Positions 54,184 through 61,511 of a stretch of 64,000 nucleotides of DNA are shown here, piece after piece. The DNA lies in NCBI GenBank assembly GCA_946965045.2, contig OX337238.1:434001-498000 (forward strand), given 5' to 3'. Made by a program: the position numbers and the translations under genes. Source of the DNA: Epithemia pelagica (lineage: Eukaryota > Protista > Bacillariophyta). Under the pieces are notes generated by a model. It was not told the DNA's origin, searched no databases, and saw nothing but the letters and a program-made list of their open reading frames with translations. How positions within the stretch are numbered: the first letter of the stretch is position 1; each line of letters opens with the position of its first letter.

Positions 54184-54834
54184 ATGAGTTTCTTTGGGAG
54201 ACGACGAAACAAGAAGCAGGGTGCACCACAATCGAATGTGGCACCACCACAAGAAGAGGAAGAAGAAGAACGATATGATACGAGACGTCTATCCGACGAG
54301 GCCTTGGCAGACCCACAGATTGCCGCTTTTCTGGAAGCCATGAACCGAAATAACTGGGGCGGGAACAACAATTCCATTCAAGAGACGCCTGAAGACCACG
54401 AAGAGAGCAGCAGTTATGGTTTCCTACAAGATTTTGAGCCATCTCCATCGATTACGGAAAGTTTCCCTCCACCGGCGTCGGGCGATGCCATTGTCAATCT
54501 TCCCCATGCCTGTCTCTACTCTTTCGAATCGGACAAGTTAAAGTGTCTCGAAGGAAAGGAATGTGGTGTTTGTTTTGACTCGCTTTCGAGCGGAGTGGCC
54601 ATTACTCGACTCCCCTGTGGACACGTCTACCATGTCAATTGCATTGTGGGGTGGTTGGTAAAGCACTGCACCTGTCCAGAATGTCGGTACGAGCTCCCCA
54701 CCAACAACAAACACTACGAAATTGGCCGTAAAGAACGCATGAAGAATCGCAAGACTGTTTCCTGCTCCTGTGCTCTCCCTTATCATACATGCTTTCTTAC
54801 CAACGATACCTTTGAACAAAGCAGCTCAAGATAG
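54184..54834 (+). CDS. RING-H2 E3 ubiquitin ligase
   Basis: CGVCFDSL...RLPCGHVYHVNCIVGWLVKHCTCPECRYEL (C3H2C3). Confidence 0.92.
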   Translation: MSFFGRRRNKKQGAPQSNVAPPQEEEEEERYDTRRLSDEALADPQIAAFLEAMNRNNWGGNNNSIQETPEDHEESSSYGFLQDFEPSPSITESFPPPASGDAIVNLPHACLYSFESDKLKCLEGKECGVCFDSLSSGVAITRLPCGHVYHVNCIVGWLVKHCTCPECRYELPTNNKHYEIGRKERMKNRKTVSCSCALPYHTCFLTNDTFEQSSSR

Positions 54835-55035
54835 AAGAAGACGCTTTGGTCTATCAGTTCTTTTCACATCCCAAAGACGGTGCTTTCAGTGTAGACAGAT
54901 TAACAAATAATAGATCTCTGGGTGATGTGGAAAATTTTCGATCTAGAAATTGACCCAATACGAAGAATCAAATCCATGGTTCCCCTAGACTTCTAACTGT
55001 ATGCTGCACATGCTTTCTGTTGGTCTTATAGATGC

Positions 55036-55085
55036 CTGAGGCACCGCATCCATGACCATACTGAGGCACCGCATCCATGACCATA
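55036..55085. repeat. Perfect 25-bp tandem duplication
   Basis: CTGAGGCACCGCATCCATGACCATA x2. Confidence 0.95.
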
Positions 55086-55296
55086 GGTATAGTCCGTGAG
55101 TCTGCCCTGTGCCATCTCCATAACTAGTTAGGTAGGAGTACTCCCTCCACGCGCACGCGTACAATACACGCACGACTTACTACGCTATCCACGTCATGAC
55201 ACGTCATGACTCGTGTGATTTTATTGCGTCTTATATTTTTTTTTTAAAATAATGATAATATGGTGTCGACCTCAACGAAATTGTCGCATTGGTAAA

Positions 55297-55522
55297 TGTT
55301 GAGACAAGATAGCACGCCCAAGGAAACACAGGACCAAACCGCGACTCCCAAGAGAGTACAGAGGATGACGAACCCAAAGGAAGCCGAATGGCAAGTGGTG
55401 CAACCACGTAAGAGGTGCAGTCATTCCAAACCGGAGGAGGCGCAACTCATTCTTTTTAAAATAGAAGTAAATTGGTTTCCTTTTGTTGCCTGTACAGCAC
55501 GATCGGTTGACTGGTTTCAACA
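55297..55522 (+). repeat. 5' LTR of copia 2 (226 bp)
   Basis: Identical to the 3' LTR except that it lacks 7 bp (CAAAACG) after GGCGCAA. Confidence 0.97.
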
Positions 55523-55570
55523 TATTTTAAAAAGAAAATAACACTGTTGTTCACCTCAAAGCCTGAGTGC

Positions 55571-56230
55571 ATGTCGGATCAAAATCAAAACTCCCTACCT
55601 ACTGACGAAACGCCTGTACTCGTATTAATCCGTGAGTTCGTGCGGTTGAACCTTCAACACGAAGGGCAAGCCAGCCGACTCAACGAAGATCACGAAACCA
55701 GACTCAGAGCTATTGACCGACAGTATTGGGCCGATACAGCAGAACTGGAACAACGATATCGACGAGCACAAGGTGAAGAACACGAACGACATCAAAGGGC
55801 CCTGCAAGAACACTGTAATCAACGAGAAGCCGATCGCGATAGGGCATATCGGATTGCACAAGAGGCAGAAGTAACACAAGCACAGGGCGAAGGGAACCCT
55901 CAAGTTGTGGAACTGGAAGCGGTTGAAGAACCTCAAGTTGTGATCGAAGATCCTCGAAATCTCGAGATAGTGAACGAACCAAGAGCCATACAAGTGCAAG
56001 CCCGAGCCGTTGAGAATCAACAAGGCATTATCTTTCCACCTATTGGAGCACGAGTCCGAGTGGAAACCCCTGTTCGCCTCGCACGTCATCGACATCCTTT
56101 ACACAACGCAACAGGAACAGTGCTTCGACACACTGATACTTACACGTGGATCCAAGTCTGGAACCCTATCACCAGACGCAACGAAGAATTTAAGCGAAAG
56201 CCCGTCAATCTCATCATCCTACAAGAATGA
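55571..56230 (+). CDS. Extra ORF0 inside copia 2, upstream of gag
   Basis: 219-aa ATG ORF between the 5' LTR and gag-pol; helical E/R/Q-rich part, then IGARVRVETP...ATGTVLRHTDTYTWIQV...KRKPVNL; its TGA overlaps the gag ATG (ATGA, 56227-56230). Confidence 0.8.
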   Translation: MSDQNQNSLPTDETPVLVLIREFVRLNLQHEGQASRLNEDHETRLRAIDRQYWADTAELEQRYRRAQGEEHERHQRALQEHCNQREADRDRAYRIAQEAEVTQAQGEGNPQVVELEAVEEPQVVIEDPRNLEIVNEPRAIQVQARAVENQQGIIFPPIGARVRVETPVRLARHRHPLHNATGTVLRHTDTYTWIQVWNPITRRNEEFKRKPVNLIILQE

Positions 56231-59200
56231 GTCAGTCACCAGACAATGTTAATTCCGGTGGTGGCGGTGGCAGAGGAGGACGAGGCAATAACCGTGGTCG
56301 AGGTCGTGGGGGACGTGGAGGTAGAAACAACAATGGCCAGAGCAAGTTTGAAGGGCAGGAACCCTTGTTGAAGGGATGCGTGTTTGATTATACACAAGAC
56401 GCCCAAGCCAAAAAATACATTCGGAACGTGGAACTGCTGATTGGATATATCGGCATCAAGTTCCCGAAGTACAATATGGACTTCCAGCGTGCCGTTGAAA
56501 ATCTATCTTTGCCTACACCTCCTCGTCCACCACGTCCATCCGACACTGCTAGTCCTATTGAAATAAAAGAATGGGAGTTTCAGTACAAAGCAATTGACGA
56601 GAAGCGCGTGGCTACTGAAGGATTCCGCTCATCGCTCTATAGTGTTCTTCTTGGTCAATCAACGGACCTAATGAAGGACAAGCTCAAGGCCCATAGTTCC
56701 TTCCCTTCCATACAAGCTCATCGAGACGGCATCGAGTTGTTGAAGTTGATCAAGGCTACGACATTTACTTTTGATAGCGACAGGGTCTACACTGGAATGG
56801 CGATGGATAAGATCCGTGCCGATTTCTATGGGATGAAACGACACCCCGGACAGTCTGTCCATAGTTTCTATGAGGCATTTCGGGCGAAGGTCAAGGTAAT
56901 CAATGAGGTAGGAATTCTCCTCTTCGATCAGGCATATGTCCAAGAAATCGCCGCAAAGAATGGCCGACCAGGTGCACCGTCTATGGCTGATAACGAGGAA
57001 GCGCAGGACCGCATGATAGCGAATCGATTTATTCGTGCTTGCGGCCAAAAAGACTACGAAGTGCATCTACACAACAACTTCTTGGATGGGCACATCATCT
57101 ACCCATCAAATCTCGCTGATGCCCGTGCAATTATCGATGCACGCATGGGGCGTCGTGAGCTCAACAGCAACAACAACAACAACCAGAATGAATCAAACAG
57201 TGGCTCTCAAGCGCAAGGCTCAGACAATACAGGTCTTGCTTATCCAACTACTGGCGAAACAGCCAACGAGTCACAGCATAGTGATACCAACCGAGGTTCG
57301 AACTCCGCTGATTGTTGTGTATCTGAAAATGCCTCAGACTCACTTTGTCTTTCTATTGCCACGCTTTCACAGACTAACATTCCACCAACATGGGTCCTCC
57401 TGGATAACCAGGCCACCATTCACATCTTTTCCAACACATCATTACTCGTCAGTCCACCGAAGCCTAGCCAAGAAACCATGAGAATCAAGGGGCATGGTGG
57501 AACAATCACCACATCACAAACAGCCCAAGTCCGAGATTATGGAGCCGTATGGTTCTATGAGAGCGGCTGGGTCAACATACTATCATTCCATCAAGTAAAG
57601 CAACAGTACAGCATCTCATACCAAGCCAACAACGATGAATTTCATGTTCGATCCCGCACAGGCGCACTCATTGACATATTCCGCGCAAGTCCCCAAGGTC
57701 TCTATTACTCTGATTGGTCCTCCCGATCTGCCGCAACTGAATTTGGACTGGTCACTACGATAGCTACAAATAAAGCTAAGTACACAGCAAATGACGTCGC
57801 TAGAGCACAAGGAGTTAGATCATTGCAGATTAAAATAGGTCGACCAAGTGACAGAGAATTCAGCTCAATCCTGGACAAGCGGTTGCTACCCAATTGTCCT
57901 TTCACTAGCAAGGATGTCAAATTAGCCGCAAAGATGCTGGGACCCGACATAGGTACCTTGAAAGGCAAGACGGTTCGAAAGCGTCCCATGCAAGTTGATG
58001 CCTCTCTCATGATCGATGTCCCAATCCCAAAGAAATATCACGATGTTGTCCTTTGCATGGACGTACTTCATGTTAACGGGATCCCATTCCTAGCGACGAT
58101 CTCTCGCTTCATCAAGTTCGGGACGATTACCGCATTGAAGGCACTCAATGGACCAACACTTTTCACGGCAATCAAACAAGTAGTATCGATCTATCGTCGT
58201 GGCAACTTGCGCCCTCGAATTCTTCTCGCCGACGGGGCATTTGATAATGAACCCATGAATGAATTTCTCCATGGGATTGGCATGAGCCTGAACCCGACAT
58301 CCCGAGATGAACATGTCGGCGACATCGAACGGTACATTCGTACCATAAAGGAAAGAATGAGGTGTATGTATAATACACTCCCATTCAAACACATGCCAAA
58401 AGTGTTGGTGATTGAAATGGCAAAAGCCGCCGTCTATTGGCTGAATGCCTTCCCAGCTGCCAATGGAATATCGGACGAGCAGAGCCCAAAGACCCTCGTC
58501 ACCGGCCAACAACTGGATTATAACCGTCACTGCAAGTATGAGTTTGGACAATACGTCCAGACCCATGAGCCACACGACAATTCCATGGAGCCAAGAACCC
58601 AAGGAGCACTGGCCCTTCGCCCAACTGGCAACCAACAGGGTGGCCATTATTTCTTAAACTTGTTATCCGGTCGTGTCATCAATCGGAACCATGCCACGAT
58701 TGTTCCTATGCCTGATATTGCCCTCCAGCGAGTGTACCAATTGGCTGTTGCCCAGGAGGCATATCCGAATCTTGCTTTTGGGGATAGGGACAACCGCATC
58801 TTGGCTTTGGAATACGATGATTTTGACGAAGGAAATGATGAAGATTATGAGTATGATGTGGACGACGAGGATGATGTATTGAGGTATGATGAGGATATCG
58901 TCGATAATGAGTTGGCGACGGTGAACGAGGACCCGGTGGAGGAGTTGGTCATGGAAGAAGTGGGAAATGAGAACGATTACGATCTTAATGATCAAGCGAT
59001 AATGGATGGTCCCGAGGTAGGAGAGGATCAGGAGTTGGATGGTCCCGAGGATGGCCCCGAGGATGGAGATAACGTGGGCCTTGGTTTGGATCTTAATGGT
59101 CCAGTGGATGGAGTCGTAGAAGGAGGTGGAAACGATGATGGAGTACAGGAAGGAGTCGACATTGATGCTCATGAGGAACAACTACATGCTGACTATGTGG

Positions 59201-61299
59201 AACAGGCTGTTGCAGATCAAGACCTAATCGAGGCAAATCAAGGAGTGGAGGCAAATCAAGGAGTGGAACCCGTGCCAAATCAAGGAGTGGGCCCACAACC
59301 CGAGCAACCACCCATGCAACAACCCAACATCCATGGTGTTGGCGGTGGAATTGTTGGCGGCGGCGGTGATGCTGTGGCAGCACCCATTCACCCTAGATAT
59401 AATCTACGGACGAATCGAGAACGGAACTATGCCCATCGATACAACAATGACATTTATGTTACTGCCGAAGTGGCGCAAGACGTGTCAACACCCCAAATGG
59501 GGATGAAACAAGGAGTGCGATTGTTTGGTGATGCAGGCGTGGCCGCAGTGAAAAAGGAAGTCCTGCAGTTGCATGACCGGGAAGTAATGCGAGCCATTAT
59601 GAAAAGCTCATTGACCAAACAACAAATCCGACAAGCGCTTGGATACTTGATGTTCTTGAAGAGAAAGAGAACTGGCAAAATTAAAGGACGGGGCTGCGCA
59701 GATGGCCGTAAACAACGCGAATACATAAACAAAGAAGATGCATCTTCTCCCACAGTCGCAACAGAGGCCGTCTTCCTAAGTGCAATCATTGATGCAATGG
59801 AACGAAGGGCCGTGGCAGTAGTGGATATTCCAGGGGCCTTTATGCAGGCCATGATGGACCCTGGGGTGCACATGAGAATCACCGGGCTCATGGTTGAATT
59901 GTTGCTTGAAATTGATGAGAAAATGTACAGACCATTCGTTGTGGTCGAGAAAGGCGAACCCGTCATCTACGTTGAATTGCTTCGTGCCCTGTACGGCACC
60001 CTGCGAGCGGCAAGACTGTTTTGGGAGAAGTTAACTGCCGTCATCAAGGAGTGGGGTTTCATTGTGAACCCATATGACAGTTGTGTGGCTAACAAAACAA
60101 TCAATGGGTCGCAATGCACCATCACATGGCACATTGACGACCTCAAAATATCACACAAGGAAGAAAGCGTGGTCAGCAGTATCATAGAACAAATACAAGC
60201 CACATTCGGTCAACAAGGTGAGCTTTCGATCTCAAGAGGAAAACGCCATGACTATTTGGGCATGTACCTTGATTATAGCGAACCAGGGCAGTTGATTGTT
60301 GACATGAGGACCGCCATACAGAGTATCATCGATGATGTACCAAAGGAGTTCAAAGGGTTGGCACAAACCCCAGCAGCCTCTCATCTTTTCCATCTGCAAG
60401 ATGGAGCCGAGCAGTTGGATAGCGACCAGGCAGACCAGTTTCACAGCTTCACCATGAGGCTGATGTATATTGCCCAACGTGGACGACCTGACATCCGAGC
60501 GGCCGTAGCTTTCCTCAGTACACGAGTGAAAGAACCAACCAAGGATGATTGGCGTAAGTTGTCGCGTGTGATGAAATACCTCCAAACAACACCCGACTTG
60601 CTTCTTCGGTTAAATTGTGATGGGACCGGAATTCTTCGATGGTGGGTGGACGCATCCTATGCCGTCCATCCTAACATGCGTGGGCATACCGGGGGCGTAA
60701 TGATGATGGGAAAAGGAGCTGCGATGAGCATCTCATCAAAACAGAAGTTGGTAGCTCGTAGTTCCACCGAGAGCGAGCTCATCGGTGTCCATGATGCCAT
60801 GCCAAATATGCTTTGGTGTCGGCAATTCCTGATCGCACAAGGTTATCAAGTCAAGGAGATGAAATTATTCCAAGATAACATGAGTGCAATGTTGTTGGAG
60901 AAAAACGGACGAGCCTCCAGCAGCAAACGTACCAAACATATCGACATTCGATATTTCTTCATTAAAGATCGAGTCGATAACAAGGAACTGACAATTGAAC
61001 ATTGTCCCACGGAAGAAATGATCGCCGATTTCCATACGAAACCGCTTCAAGGTAACTTGTTTTACAAGTTCCGTGATCTTATCATGAATATCCCGAGCAC
61101 TGATATCTATCATTCCTCGCGAAGGAGTGTGTTGAGACAAGATAGCACGCCCAAGGAAACACAGGACCAAACCGCGACTCCCAAGAGAGTACAGAGGATG
61201 ACGAACCCAAAGGAAGCCGAATGGCAAGTGGTGCAACCACGTAAGAGGTGCAGTCATTCCAAACCGGAGGAGGCGCAACAAAACGCTCATTCTTTTTAA
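56227..61299 (+). CDS. Gag-Pol polyprotein of copia 2
   Basis: RGG-rich N-terminus; WVLLDNQAT (PR); LCMDVLHVNG, LLADGAF, EHVGDIERYIRTIKER (IN); KGRGCADG, VVDIPGAFMQA, ALYG, WHIDDLK (RT); WVDASYAVH, SSTESE, QDNMSA, ADFHTKPLQG (RH). The ORF ends inside the 3' LTR. Confidence 0.98.
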   Translation: MSQSPDNVNSGGGGGRGGRGNNRGRGRGGRGGRNNNGQSKFEGQEPLLKGCVFDYTQDAQAKKYIRNVELLIGYIGIKFPKYNMDFQRAVENLSLPTPPRPPRPSDTASPIEIKEWEFQYKAIDEKRVATEGFRSSLYSVLLGQSTDLMKDKLKAHSSFPSIQAHRDGIELLKLIKATTFTFDSDRVYTGMAMDKIRADFYGMKRHPGQSVHSFYEAFRAKVKVINEVGILLFDQAYVQEIAAKNGRPGAPSMADNEEAQDRMIANRFIRACGQKDYEVHLHNNFLDGHIIYPSNLADARAIIDARMGRRELNSNNNNNQNESNSGSQAQGSDNTGLAYPTTGETANESQHSDTNRGSNSADCCVSENASDSLCLSIATLSQTNIPPTWVLLDNQATIHIFSNTSLLVSPPKPSQETMRIKGHGGTITTSQTAQVRDYGAVWFYESGWVNILSFHQVKQQYSISYQANNDEFHVRSRTGALIDIFRASPQGLYYSDWSSRSAATEFGLVTTIATNKAKYTANDVARAQGVRSLQIKIGRPSDREFSSILDKRLLPNCPFTSKDVKLAAKMLGPDIGTLKGKTVRKRPMQVDASLMIDVPIPKKYHDVVLCMDVLHVNGIPFLATISRFIKFGTITALKALNGPTLFTAIKQVVSIYRRGNLRPRILLADGAFDNEPMNEFLHGIGMSLNPTSRDEHVGDIERYIRTIKERMRCMYNTLPFKHMPKVLVIEMAKAAVYWLNAFPAANGISDEQSPKTLVTGQQLDYNRHCKYEFGQYVQTHEPHDNSMEPRTQGALALRPTGNQQGGHYFLNLLSGRVINRNHATIVPMPDIALQRVYQLAVAQEAYPNLAFGDRDNRILALEYDDFDEGNDEDYEYDVDDEDDVLRYDEDIVDNELATVNEDPVEELVMEEVGNENDYDLNDQAIMDGPEVGEDQELDGPEDGPEDGDNVGLGLDLNGPVDGVVEGGGNDDGVQEGVDIDAHEEQLHADYVEQAVADQDLIEANQGVEANQGVEPVPNQGVGPQPEQPPMQQPNIHGVGGGIVGGGGDAVAAPIHPRYNLRTNRERNYAHRYNNDIYVTAEVAQDVSTPQMGMKQGVRLFGDAGVAAVKKEVLQLHDREVMRAIMKSSLTKQQIRQALGYLMFLKRKRTGKIKGRGCADGRKQREYINKEDASSPTVATEAVFLSAIIDAMERRAVAVVDIPGAFMQAMMDPGVHMRITGLMVELLLEIDEKMYRPFVVVEKGEPVIYVELLRALYGTLRAARLFWEKLTAVIKEWGFIVNPYDSCVANKTINGSQCTITWHIDDLKISHKEESVVSSIIEQIQATFGQQGELSISRGKRHDYLGMYLDYSEPGQLIVDMRTAIQSIIDDVPKEFKGLAQTPAASHLFHLQDGAEQLDSDQADQFHSFTMRLMYIAQRGRPDIRAAVAFLSTRVKEPTKDDWRKLSRVMKYLQTTPDLLLRLNCDGTGILRWWVDASYAVHPNMRGHTGGVMMMGKGAAMSISSKQKLVARSSTESELIGVHDAMPNMLWCRQFLIAQGYQVKEMKLFQDNMSAMLLEKNGRASSSKRTKHIDIRYFFIKDRVDNKELTIEHCPTEEMIADFHTKPLQGNLFYKFRDLIMNIPSTDIYHSSRRSVLRQDSTPKETQDQTATPKRVQRMTNPKEAEWQVVQPRKRCSHSKPEEAQQNAHSF

Positions 61300-61362
61300 A
61301 ATAGAAGTAAATTGGTTTCCTTTTGTTGCCTGTACAGCACGATCGGTTGACTGGTTTCAACA
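61130..61362 (+). repeat. 3' LTR of copia 2 (233 bp)
   Basis: TG...CA ends; preceded by the short purine run GAAGGAG; followed by TSD GTAAA. Confidence 0.97.
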
Positions 61363-61511
61363 GTAAACTCAACAGAAGAAAGAGAAAGGAGCTTCAATAA
61401 AACGGCAGCAACAAGAAAGAGGAAAGAGGAGACTATCCAGTTGAGAAAGAGAGGAAAAGACATCAAGTGAAGAGGTTGTGTGGAAGAGAGAAGAAGGCTT
61501 TCTCACCGAAT

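Larger units (their letters stand above)
55297..61362 (+). mobile_element. Ty1/copia (CoDi-like) LTR retrotransposon 2, intact
   Basis: TGTTGA...TCAACA LTRs at 55297-55522 and 61130-61362; 5-bp TSD GTAAA on both sides; single gag-pol ORF in PR-IN-RT-RH order. Confidence 0.98.

Noticed and set aside
58980-59300. Short repeats (EANQGV x2-3, DGPE x3) in the copia 2 IN-RT linker
   Set aside because: Ordinary slippage in an acidic, unconstrained linker.
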